A stretch of 64,000 nt of DNA from a virus (IMGVR_UViG_3300021963_000077:1-64000); one strand, 5' to 3'. Counted from the first letter of the stretch, positions 8,746 to 16,662 are shown. Notes: generated by a model from the sequence alone, not told the origin. Numbers and translations: made by a program.

Positions 8746-9171
8746 TCAGGGCTTCATTGGCACATTGGGATCCTTGAGTTTCAGCGTAAGGTCACTGACA
8801 AGTTGACCCCATGGGATCCACAGCGTGTAGTCGTAACATTCAAGATCCTCAGGAAAGAATGGCGACGAGAAGTCTTCTGGACATACCGTAAGGGCTTCTT
8901 TTGATAACGACTCAATAGCAACCCCAAACACTACGCATTCTTTAAACGCGTCAAAAGATGGAATGCTGTACTTCTTGTCTGTCGTTGTCACAACTTCATC
9001 CATACCCTTCCACCTCTTGCCACCCGTAAGGGCTATGAAGCCTGCTGAGTGAAATGGATTAGTAGTCAGGTGAATCAGGCCTTGCTCATTCGGCGCAATG
9101 CCTTCCTTCCTTATGCGCTCTGCATAATCTGGAAAAGTTGCGTGATACAGAATCTCAATGGTCTTTGGCAT
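8746..9171 (-). CDS. KptA/Tpt1-like NAD-binding (ADP-ribosyltransferase fold) protein
   Basis: LYHAT...IRKEGIAP...IHLT resembles the Tpt1 NAD-lobe HGT...EGL.P...VHLS pattern. Confidence 0.55.
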   Translation of the reverse strand: MPKTIEILYHATFPDYAERIRKEGIAPNEQGLIHLTTNPFHSAGFIALTGGKRWKGMDEVVTTTDKKYSIPSFDAFKECVVFGVAIESLSKEALTVCPEDFSSPFFPEDLECYDYTLWIPWGQLVSDLTLKLKDPNVPMKP

Positions 9172-9230
9172 ATCTAAATACTATTCCTTTCGTAGTTGCT
9201 TGACTAGATGCAACCGCAAGCCCTACCGCA

Positions 9231-9265
9231 AGAGAAAAGCCCCCCACCCTTTCGGGCAGGGGGCT
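9231..9265 (-). terminator. intrinsic terminator
   Basis: AGCCCCC-TGCCCGAAAGGGTGG-GGGGGCT-TTTCTCT on minus strand. Confidence 0.75.
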
Positions 9266-9279
9266 CGCTCTCAGTGGTC

Positions 9280-9468
9280 TCAGTAGTTGAGTCCCCACAT
9301 TTCACGATGACGCTTAGCAACGAATTCTGCCTGCTCGTTGTCACGGCACACCAGATCAAGAATCTGGCTGTCACTGCTGTCTCCTGTCGGGCTTGCGAAC
9401 CAAAGGCTCACGATGTTTCCTGCGATGGTTGTGGCGACAAGGTCACCTTTCAGAATCAACTTGCTCAT
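9280..9468 (-). CDS. hypothetical protein in stand-alone promoter-gene-terminator unit
   Basis: Start MSKLILKG at 9468 after GAGAGGA RBS. Confidence 0.7.
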   Translation of the reverse strand: MSKLILKGDLVATTIAGNIVSLWFASPTGDSSDSQILDLVCRDNEQAEFVAKRHREMWGLNY

Positions 9469-9511
9469 TTCATTTCCTCTCTGTTTGGGGCTTTCTGCCC
9501 TTGTGAAATAC

Positions 9512-9540
9512 ATAGTAGTCAAATAAAAAGTAGTTGTCAA
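9512..9540 (-). promoter_or_regulatory. strong SigA-type promoter
   Basis: TTGACA-17bp-TACTAT; leader hairpin GGGC-AGAAA-GCCC. Confidence 0.75.
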
Positions 9541-9616
9541 CCTTTGCACGCAACTTTTTTGGATTTCTTTGTGAGCACTCTGCTGTCTCTAGTTAGCACT
9601 CTTTCCCTGCGTAAGG

Positions 9617-9681
9617 GTGGCACTAGGTCAAGGTAGTGACACTAGGTAGGCGTGGTGACACTCGCTCGTCGTCGTGCCACT
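9617..9681. repeat. 4 x GTGNCACT at exact 19-bp period
   Basis: GTGGCACT 9617, GTGACACT 9636, GTGACACT 9655, GTGCCACT 9674; two weaker AGCACTCT copies upstream. Confidence 0.7.
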
Positions 9682-9875
9682 ATGTAGGCGTGATGCGTGG
9701 CTATTACTGCGTCACGCTTGCGTCAGTAGCTTCGCTTATCTTTCTTAGACGCAGAATGAGTAGTAGCAGGGGTAGGAGTAATCGGCGCTTACGGGGCTTT
9801 GGAGGCGCCTTTCGGGGGGCGTGTGGGAGCACATGACGGCCTTAATGGCCCCATTTAGAATAGATTTATCTGGCC

Positions 9876-10304
9876 CTATTGCTCGCGGAAGCGACCCTCA
9901 ACCCAACGGGTGATGGCACTACGCAGGCCTTCTGGATCGCGACTGCCTTCAAGATATTCCTCAAGCGTTTCGGAATCGTTCTTGATGGACTCCGGGAGCG
10001 AAAGGATCACATGCTTGCTGTTGTCAATGATCTCTTTGAGCAGAGCTGCAACCTGGTTTGCGATGCGGAAATTGTCCCAGAGCTCTTCCTTTTGGTGCCC
10101 GCTCATGTTTGGCTTAGCCTGCTCATATTGCGCCAGAAGGCTCTGAGCGCTGAAATCAGCCTCTACAAACATCTTGATGAGGTATGAGGCCACAAGGGCT
10201 GTATCGAGCTTGTAGATGAGCGGAGTGAGGCCTCCTTCGCTATTAATTGCTACAAGATCTGGGTACAGCTCTACAGCTTTATGTACTGATTCGTGTGAGG
10301 ACAT
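9876..10304 (-). CDS. hypothetical protein
   Basis: 142-aa ORF with AAGGAGAG RBS. Confidence 0.75.
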   Translation of the reverse strand: MSSHESVHKAVELYPDLVAINSEGGLTPLIYKLDTALVASYLIKMFVEADFSAQSLLAQYEQAKPNMSGHQKEELWDNFRIANQVAALLKEIIDNSKHVILSLPESIKNDSETLEEYLEGSRDPEGLRSAITRWVEGRFREQ

Positions 10305-10490
10305 TTTTACTCTCCTTATTTACTTGGCAGGGAATATTACAGAAGGCGTTAGTGTGTTGGATAAATTTATCTAGAAAACGGTGACAAAAAACATATCATT
10401 AGTTGTGTATTAGTGGTAAATGGGTCATTTATTATCTAGTCATGGCCGCATTTTTTGCTGTTGCCCTGGCGCTTGCGCTTAAGGGAACAA

Positions 10491-10676
10491 TCAGAACTTC
10501 TTAAAACCTTTCCGGCGCTTAATTTTATAGCCGGCGTTATGCAGCTCCTCGATAATGTGCTCGGGGATGCCGCTCCATACAGTCACACCCTTGTGGATCA
10601 GGGCGCGAGCGATGGTTGCACGCTTTGGCCCCAGATCAGCGATGTCCTGATGGAAGTGCTCTACATTTTCACTCAT
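10491..10676 (-). CDS. hypothetical protein
   Basis: 61-aa leaderless ORF under promoter 10683-10711. Confidence 0.65.
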   Translation of the reverse strand: MSENVEHFHQDIADLGPKRATIARALIHKGVTVWSGIPEHIIEELHNAGYKIKRRKGFKKF

Positions 10677-10682
10677 AGGACG

Positions 10683-10711
10683 AGAGTATCTAGATAGATT
10701 TATCTAGTCAA
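10683..10711 (-). promoter_or_regulatory. SigA-type promoter with palindromic operator in spacer
   Basis: TTGACT-agataaatctatctaga-TACTCT-6nt-ATG; CTAGATAGATTTATCTAG near-palindrome 10690-10707. Confidence 0.7.
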
Positions 10712-10779
10712 GGGTATTAGCTCTGTATTCTACTCCTCGTACTGATTTATCTATTAAATGATAATATAAAGCAACAAAG

Positions 10780-11567
10780 GTCTGGATTGACCAAGACGTA
10801 TGCAACGGGAGAAATTGGACTATGGCTGATAAAAATGGCGACGGAATTGTTTATCATCGCTCGGACTGTAGTCTTGGCTACGTAAGGATGTATGGAGCAG
10901 GCGGAGATTTGCCTGGTTCAGCATGTGGTACTTGGGGGCTCAGCGATAGGGCAATACAGTACATCCACGATCACCCTGAAGAAAATCACAGGTTTGAAGA
11001 TGTAGTGGGGCGCGAGTGGGACGAAGAAGTTATGCCAGTACTCACACCCATAGTAGATTTAATAGGCTCTAACATAAAAGAAGGTTATGAAATAGTAGAA
11101 GCAGGCGTAATTGATGCGTATAACTGGGTAGATGCAAACGCCTGTAACCTAGCAGTAACAGCGGCAATCTCCGCAGGTGCCGTTGCCCTCTTTACACCAG
11201 CGCAACCTGAAGGTGCTGCAACATCAACCACGTTATCTCTTATGGCACAGCCAGTTCTTTGGGCCACGGACAAAGCACTTAAGGTAACCGCGGTAGCGGC
11301 GATGAGTACAGTTATAAAAGATGCGTTTTTACTCATACCAGAAGTTGCAAACAGTATTGACGAGACGCTGTTATACAACATAATTTCAAACTGTTTGGCC
11401 GTGAGCCTAGATTCAGCAGAACTATGGGCAACGCCAGCCGGCGTTGGTGTCGCAATCGCAGCAGCATTTGCACCCGTAATCGCAGATTTGATATGCAAAA
11501 AAACCTGCCCTGAAGGATTTACCAAAGCGTTTGGCGCATAAAATTGAGAGTCTGGATTGACCAAGAC
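10780..11567 (+). repeat. 18-bp direct repeat GTCTGGATTGACCAAGAC flanking ORF 10822-11541
   Basis: Identical copies at 10780-10797 and 11550-11567 (ferredoxin codons VWIDQD). Confidence 0.85.
10822..11541 (+). CDS. hypothetical protein with Ala-rich hydrophobic helices and paired Cys
   Basis: 239-aa ORF. Confidence 0.75.
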   Translation: MADKNGDGIVYHRSDCSLGYVRMYGAGGDLPGSACGTWGLSDRAIQYIHDHPEENHRFEDVVGREWDEEVMPVLTPIVDLIGSNIKEGYEIVEAGVIDAYNWVDANACNLAVTAAISAGAVALFTPAQPEGAATSTTLSLMAQPVLWATDKALKVTAVAAMSTVIKDAFLLIPEVANSIDETLLYNIISNCLAVSLDSAELWATPAGVGVAIAAAFAPVIADLICKKTCPEGFTKAFGA

Positions 11568-11804
11568 CTCTGCACCGGGGATGGCCTGTGCGCTGAAATT
11601 GCACCTGACGTATTCTTCGGTGGAAGCGACGGCCTGTTCTATGTCAAGGAGTCCGCGGAGCACTATGGAGCTGAGAAGCTCTTTGATGGCAAGACGAACT
11701 CGGCAATGGCTGAGGGTCTTGCGCGCATCCCTGACGGTCTCCTAGAGAGCGTTATTGAAGCCGCCGAGGAATGTCCAGGAGAATGCATTTTTATTGAGGA
11801 ATAG
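11544..11804 (+). CDS. ferredoxin (single-cluster 3Fe-4S/4Fe-4S type)
   Basis: RVWIDQDLCTGDGLCAEIAPDVF...AAEECPGECI (CxxDxxC...CP). Confidence 0.92.
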   Translation: MRVWIDQDLCTGDGLCAEIAPDVFFGGSDGLFYVKESAEHYGAEKLFDGKTNSAMAEGLARIPDGLLESVIEAAEECPGECIFIEE

Positions 11805-11838
11805 CCGATTGCAATATTTCCGCACAATTATTTATTTT

Positions 11839-12069
11839 TTAGGTGCGTTTTATCCACTTGATCATGTTACGCCAGTGAACTAACTGCCACAAGAGCCACA
11901 TTGCCATAAAACCTGGTTTATTAAATATAATTGCGTATGCAAACCACGGAAAAGAATGCAGGGCAATAATTAAGTGCCCGTACCATTTTTTACTCCCTAC
12001 CAGATAACTACCAGACACTCCTATGAGTTCCATAGCAAACAAGAGCCATGTCCAAGTTGACTCGCTCAT
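11839..12069 (-). CDS. small membrane protein
   Basis: Three hydrophobic Trp-rich segments. Confidence 0.65.
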   Translation of the reverse strand: MSESTWTWLLFAMELIGVSGSYLVGSKKWYGHLIIALHSFPWFAYAIIFNKPGFMAMWLLWQLVHWRNMIKWIKRT

Positions 12070-12152
12070 CGGGTTTTGCTTTGTTTTTTATACAGATAGA
12101 TGGTGACGGCAAGATTGATTATGCCGATTAACCAACCAATGTAGTATTTCAT
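12066..12152 (-). CDS. small single-TM protein
   Basis: MKYYIGWLIGIINLAVTIYLYKKQSKTR, ATGA-coupled to downstream gene; manual call. Confidence 0.45.
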   Translation of the reverse strand: MKYYIGWLIGIINLAVTIYLYKKQSKTR

Positions 12153-12211
12153 CAAAACCCTATCTCATGTCGTAAAAGTATTTACTGTTAATTGGTTTAA
12201 CATTATCTTAT

Positions 12212-12287
12212 TGGTACCCCCAGCAGGGCTCGAACCTGCGACACGCGGATTAAAAGTCCGCTGCTCTACCAACTGAGCTATAGGGGC
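12212..12287 (-). tRNA. tRNA-Lys(TTT)
   Basis: GCCCCTA...GCGGA-CTTTTAA-TCCGC...GGTTCGAGCCC...ACCA. Confidence 0.95.
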
Positions 12288-12289
12288 CT

Positions 12290-12365
12290 TGGCGCCTCGG
12301 GTAGGACTCGAACCTACAACCTACAGATTAGAAGTCTGGTGCTCTATCCATTGAGCTACCGAGGC
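12290..12365 (-). tRNA. tRNA-Arg(TCT)
   Basis: GCCTCGG/CCGAGGC acceptor, CTTCTAA loop, encoded CCA. Confidence 0.95.
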
Positions 12366-12373
12366 AATAATTG

Positions 12374-12402
12374 TTGACACAATATACACACCAGAGTATT
12401 GT
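12374..12402 (+). promoter_or_regulatory. SigA-type promoter, leaderless
   Basis: TTGACA-17bp-TATTGT-6nt-ATG(12409). Confidence 0.75.
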
Positions 12403-12408
12403 GGTGCA

Positions 12409-12756
12409 ATGAACTTGATTGAAGAAATTCGCGCCGAGGCGCATAACGAGAGTGGCCGTGGCGAACTTAATGGCGTTCACAAGACATTGATGCTTGTAGC
12501 TGCCCATGAAATTGAAAGACTTTCTGAGCTTGTCTGGGATCTGAAAACCGAAATCCTGCAGTGGGCAAGTGATATTCCTGAAATCTTTGATAGCTTGGAT
12601 CACAATCGCAATTGCGCATATGTACCAGACGAGGACAAGTGCGACTGCGGGCTCCATGATGCCGAAAAAGCATTCAGCGAACTTTCCAAGGGAGCAGATG
12701 ATGTACTTAGCCGGTGCAATAACTATGACATCTCAATCGGCCTGAGGAAGGCATAA
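12409..12756 (+). CDS. hypothetical protein
   Basis: 115-aa ORF with H..NC...CDCG motif. Confidence 0.7.
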   Translation: MNLIEEIRAEAHNESGRGELNGVHKTLMLVAAHEIERLSELVWDLKTEILQWASDIPEIFDSLDHNRNCAYVPDEDKCDCGLHDAEKAFSELSKGADDVLSRCNNYDISIGLRKA

Positions 12757-12758
12757 TC

Positions 12759-13025
12759 ATGAGCGATAAAGAGACCAACGTTTGGGAGTACTACGCAGAC
12801 CCCGCACCCAGCTTCTTGCGTCCAGAAAACAATGAGACATCACTTGTTGACAGGCTGAAGAATACGGGTCCAATTAAGGATGAGAACGATAATTGGACTG
12901 GGCGCTTTCCCAGTTGGCAAGATGCCCACGAAGCGGCAATACGCATTGAGCGTCTTGAGCGAGTAGTCCAAGAGTACGAAGAAACTATTCGTTACCTCAC
13001 GAATCAACTTAGCAAGACTCTGTGA
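12759..13025 (+). CDS. hypothetical protein
   Basis: 88-aa ORF in operon. Confidence 0.65.
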   Translation: MSDKETNVWEYYADPAPSFLRPENNETSLVDRLKNTGPIKDENDNWTGRFPSWQDAHEAAIRIERLERVVQEYEETIRYLTNQLSKTL

Positions 13026-13501
13026 GTTCAGTTGAGAGAAACGAGCTTCAATGGTTAATTAGCCTTGAGGTTCTTGCTGCAAACTTTTCAACATGCGCAA
13101 AACGCCAGTATGCAGCTGTTGTTTTAGCTCCAAATAAACGCGTTGTTGGTTTTGGGTACAACGGATCACCGCCGGGCATGGCGCATTGTGTTGATGGAGC
13201 ATGCCCTCGTCTGCAAGAGAATTCGGCAAATGGATCCGTCTACGACACATGCATTTCTCAGCATGCTGAAGCCGGCGCCTTGCTGTGGTCTGATGCTTCA
13301 TTGAGGATTAGCGGAACTCTTATTGTTAACGGCCCACCATGTATGGGATGTGCAAAATTAATAGCTAGTTCTGGAATAAAACGCTTAGTTTTTAAACAGG
13401 ATTCATCATACAAAAACTGGCCCGATGTTGAGTCGTTTTTGATAGCCGCTGGTATAGTCGCAATCGGTGTGAACGTGGCGCTTGCGACCAAGGAGGGTTA
13501 A
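13022..13501 (+). CDS. dCMP deaminase
   Basis: STCAKRQ, GYNGSPPG, HAE, PPCMGC zinc-deaminase motifs. Confidence 0.9.
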   Translation: MSSVERNELQWLISLEVLAANFSTCAKRQYAAVVLAPNKRVVGFGYNGSPPGMAHCVDGACPRLQENSANGSVYDTCISQHAEAGALLWSDASLRISGTLIVNGPPCMGCAKLIASSGIKRLVFKQDSSYKNWPDVESFLIAAGIVAIGVNVALATKEG

Positions 13502-13503
13502 AA

Positions 13504-13914
13504 ATGGAAGATACTTGCGTAAAGAAGCCAATGCATAAACACATCTTGGTGAGAGCGATGGTTAAAAACCCGCCGCAGGACGAACCTTCGGTTATTTTAT
13601 GGCTCGCAGGACTTGTTCAATTTCTCGGAATGAAGGTCGTTAAAGGGCCGTTTGCTTCTTACATTAATGCGCCTGGAAATAGGGGAATGACCGCAACAGT
13701 GATGATTGAAACATCACATATTGCGTTCCATGTCTGGGATGAGCAGGATCCATCTCTTTTGCAGTTTGATATATACACATGCGGAAGCTTGAACACAGAA
13801 GGCGTGCTCAAACAAATTAATAAATATTTTGAATGCGAGTCGTATGAGTATATCGTTTACGACAGGGAGCATTCATTTGACAAAGTTGATTCAGGGAAAC
13901 ACATAAGCAACTAA
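13504..13914 (+). CDS. speD: S-adenosylmethionine decarboxylase proenzyme
   Basis: GMTATVMIETSHIAFHVWDE, FDIYTCG. Confidence 0.88.
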   Translation: MEDTCVKKPMHKHILVRAMVKNPPQDEPSVILWLAGLVQFLGMKVVKGPFASYINAPGNRGMTATVMIETSHIAFHVWDEQDPSLLQFDIYTCGSLNTEGVLKQINKYFECESYEYIVYDREHSFDKVDSGKHISN

Positions 13915-13917
13915 ATG

Positions 13918-14005
13918 GGAAGGGTGGCAGAGCGGACGAATGCACCTGTCTTGAAAACAGGCGTGGGGTTGCACCCCACCGGGGGTTCAAATCCCTCCCC
14001 TTCCG
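13918..14005 (+). tRNA. tRNA-Ser(TGA)
   Basis: GGAAGGG/CCCTTCC, CCTGT-CTTGAAA-ACAGG, long variable arm, G73. Confidence 0.95.
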
Positions 14006-14012
14006 CAAGACT

Positions 14013-14549
14013 ATGAACGACTCAAACTACTATTTCAATGACAAAGAAAAAGGGACAGCATTTTTTGTGTCTCAACTTTCGCAAGGCCATAAGTGGGCGC
14101 GTTATGTAGCAAAGTGCCTCAATGACCTTGATATCACATGCCATGTGAACGACATGGAGGTCGCTGACACTGTTGAAGAAAGACAGAAGTTCCATAACGA
14201 AAAAGATGTCATTTTCACCAGTATGTCTGGATGCCTTGAAGTCAAGTCTCAAAGCTGTGAGTTCACTAATGATCCAAGCAGCTGGCCGTATCGTCGCTCA
14301 ATAGTAGATACAGCACTTGGTTGGTCGCGCAAAACTCCAAAGCCATTGGCAACGGTTCTTGTGTGTATCCACAATGGAAGCATGCTCGTTATCCCATCAA
14401 GTACTCAGGATCAATGGCGTATTGAAGAAAAGTACGACAGGTACAGGCAGATCACTGATAATTTTCTGACAATTGACGCTCGCCTTCTTCGGCCATTTGA
14501 TGAACTCGCTGACTGGCTTCGTGTAAGACAATCAAAGGCAGTAGCTTGA
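14013..14549 (+). CDS. PD-(D/E)xK-like nuclease
   Basis: EKDVIF...CLEVKSQ catalytic-like motif. Confidence 0.55.
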   Translation: MNDSNYYFNDKEKGTAFFVSQLSQGHKWARYVAKCLNDLDITCHVNDMEVADTVEERQKFHNEKDVIFTSMSGCLEVKSQSCEFTNDPSSWPYRRSIVDTALGWSRKTPKPLATVLVCIHNGSMLVIPSSTQDQWRIEEKYDRYRQITDNFLTIDARLLRPFDELADWLRVRQSKAVA

Positions 14550-15970
14550 CTATGGGTGCAGAAGCGCGTATCATTCCAAACGTGTCAAAAAAATTTGGAA
14601 GTTTGTTTGCCGGCGTTGGAGGTTTTGATATTGGCCTCGAATCAGCTGGATGGGAATGTGGTTGGCAGGTTGAGTGGGATCAAAATTGCCAGCAAGTCCT
14701 TTCGTACCACTGGCCAGAATGCCCAAAGTGGCTTGACGTTTGTGATGTCAATGGCGCAGAGCTGCCACCTGTAGATGTCATTACGTTTGGCAGTCCATGT
14801 CAAGACCTCTCAGTTGCCGGCAAGAGAGCTGGCCTTGATGGTGGACGATCTGGTCTGTTTTTTGAAGCAACACGAATCATTAGGGAGATGAGAAATGCAA
14901 CAGGAAATGCTTTTCCAAGATGGGCAATTTGGGAAAATGTCGTCGGAGCTCTGTCAAGCAGAGGTGGTGACGACTTTGAGGCAGTCCTCAGGGAAATGGC
15001 TGACCTCGGGTGCAATCACATTGAATGGGCAGTCTTGGACGCACAGTTCTTCGGAGTCCCCCAAAGGCGTAGACGAGTGTTCGTCATCGCTCGCCTTGAT
15101 TCTCCAGAGCCCTTCAGAGGTGGCCCCAAAATACTCGCTGTCGGTGAAGGCCGCGCAAGGAATTCTGCGAAGGGCAAAAAACAGGGGAAAGAATCTCCCG
15201 GAGAAATTAGTCTCAGCTTTGGAGATGGTCGCAGCTGGGCCGACACGGAACAAGTAGATGACTTTATTGACTCGTTCACCCCATCTAGTCACGCATCCTA
15301 TGCGCCTGGTGTTGGAACGGTCAGAGCAAATGGTGGAGACATTGGTGGCGGAAGTGAAACTCTCGTAGTTTCCGCTATTGCGCCAACTCTTAGGAGCGGT
15401 GGCGACGGAGGTGTTCCATCCAGTAGAGGAGAGCATCTTGTTATCGTTGCCGAGAAGAAAGAAGAAATACTCCTTATTGATGGCCGTAGAAATGATGATG
15501 TGCGAATCACGACGGAGCCAGTCAGAACACTTGAAGCACGAATGGGTACTGGAGGGGGTAATGTTCCAGTTCTTGCAATACCAATTCAAGACGGCCGCGA
15601 AATTGAGAAAAAACAGAATGGCCTCGGTGTTGGTTCAGACGGAGACCCTTCTTATACGCTTGATCAAACTGGTGCTCAGTCCGTAGCGGTAGAAGCGTAT
15701 GATGAATTCAATGACTCACTTGGTGGCAATGTTCATCATGCCCTGAGGGCTGGTACACGTCAATCAACTGGGGTGCTGGTTCCATTAATGAGCGTTAGGC
15801 GTCTCACTCCGATTGAATGCGAGCGATTGATGGGCTGGCCAGATAATCACACCCTTCATCGCGCAGACGGAAAACTGAATAGTGACACAATTCGCTACAA
15901 GATGTGCGGAAACGGTGTAGCATCTCCAGTTGCAAAGTGGATTGCGGAACAAATCAATCTTTGCGAGTAA
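14546..15970 (+). CDS. DNA (cytosine-5)-methyltransferase
   Basis: FAGVGG (I), GSPCQD (IV), ENV (VI), QRRRRVF (VIII), RRLTPIECERLMG (IX), YKMCGNGV (X). Confidence 0.93.
   Translation: MTMGAEARIIPNVSKKFGSLFAGVGGFDIGLESAGWECGWQVEWDQNCQQVLSYHWPECPKWLDVCDVNGAELPPVDVITFGSPCQDLSVAGKRAGLDGGRSGLFFEATRIIREMRNATGNAFPRWAIWENVVGALSSRGGDDFEAVLREMADLGCNHIEWAVLDAQFFGVPQRRRRVFVIARLDSPEPFRGGPKILAVGEGRARNSAKGKKQGKESPGEISLSFGDGRSWADTEQVDDFIDSFTPSSHASYAPGVGTVRANGGDIGGGSETLVVSAIAPTLRSGGDGGVPSSRGEHLVIVAEKKEEILLIDGRRNDDVRITTEPVRTLEARMGTGGGNVPVLAIPIQDGREIEKKQNGLGVGSDGDPSYTLDQTGAQSVAVEAYDEFNDSLGGNVHHALRAGTRQSTGVLVPLMSVRRLTPIECERLMGWPDNHTLHRADGKLNSDTIRYKMCGNGVASPVAKWIAEQINLCE
14895..15257 (+). CDS. nested +1-frame ORF inside the C5-MTase gene
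   Basis: 120 aa, AGGGAG RBS 7 nt upstream; SL..IL...KYSLS.KAAQGILRRA..RGK.LP..L..ALE. Confidence 0.6.
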   Translation: MQQEMLFQDGQFGKMSSELCQAEVVTTLRQSSGKWLTSGAITLNGQSWTHSSSESPKGVDECSSSLALILQSPSEVAPKYSLSVKAAQGILRRAKNRGKNLPEKLVSALEMVAAGPTRNK

Positions 15971-16042
15971 GCCCGGATAGCTCAGTGGTAGAGCAACCGC
16001 CTTGTAAGCGGTAGGTCGTCAGTTCAATCCTGACTCTGGGCT
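15971..16042 (+). tRNA. tRNA-Thr(TGT)
   Basis: GCCCGGA/TCTGGGC, ACCGC-CTTGTAA-GCGGT. Confidence 0.93.
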
Positions 16043-16653
16043 CTGGTTACTGAGCCAATGCGCGGCGTAACGCGGACTGAGTTTGACCAAGCTGCCCTCA
16101 AGGTTTCACCATCTTGTGTCGTAATATCTCCGCCATTTAAAAAATGTCCGTTCCAATCTGGATCTGAAACAATAAGCAGATCAGCAACAGAAATGATCTG
16201 TGTTGATATTCGCTTTCTTCTGTGCTCTGGAGCAACAAAGATCTGTTGGATCCTAGAATCTGGGGCAATCCACCTAACAAAACCAGCTGATTTATTAAGT
16301 GAAATATTTTTATCACTGATGTCTTCTGGATTCAAGACTGTTCCGTTTGGGTACCTCTGATCGGCAAATGCGATCACTGACCTTAACGGGGGAGTAAGAA
16401 GTGCTCCATCAAGAAATACGTACCATAATGATTCACAACCAACGAAGTCATCGCTTACAAGACTGACGACCATATTGCCGGACTCATCTACATAATTAAA
16501 CGAGTGACAAGCCGAATGATCTGGCGATTTTATTCCTGATATTAAGCTAGGCTTTTGATACTTGTCATCAAAAAAAGACATGACATGTTTTCTGCCATTT
16601 TGCAGAATATGCCCAGAATCCCAAAACCATACTGTTTTGAATTTGCTCATCAA
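16024..16653 (-). CDS. GNAT-like acetyltransferase domain protein
   Basis: IQQIFVAPEHRRKRISTQI (motif A-like), T.DGE. Confidence 0.55.
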   Translation of the reverse strand: MMSKFKTVWFWDSGHILQNGRKHVMSFFDDKYQKPSLISGIKSPDHSACHSFNYVDESGNMVVSLVSDDFVGCESLWYVFLDGALLTPPLRSVIAFADQRYPNGTVLNPEDISDKNISLNKSAGFVRWIAPDSRIQQIFVAPEHRRKRISTQIISVADLLIVSDPDWNGHFLNGGDITTQDGETLRAAWSNSVRVTPRIGSVTRAQSQD

Positions 16654-16662
16654 GCAAATCTA

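Noticed and set aside
9593-9619. TTAGCACTC resembling a CIRCE (HrcA) operator
   Set aside because: The second half-site GAGTGCTAA is absent 9 bp downstream and no chaperone gene is adjacent
9617-9681. Periodic repeats as a mini-CRISPR array
   Set aside because: 8-bp repeats with 11-bp spacers are far too short; no cas locus
16024-16042. tRNA 3' ends overlapping convergent CDS ends (also 24334-24352) as attachment sites
   Set aside because: No duplicated tRNA 3' fragment or integrase seen in the window; compact convergent packing is sufficient
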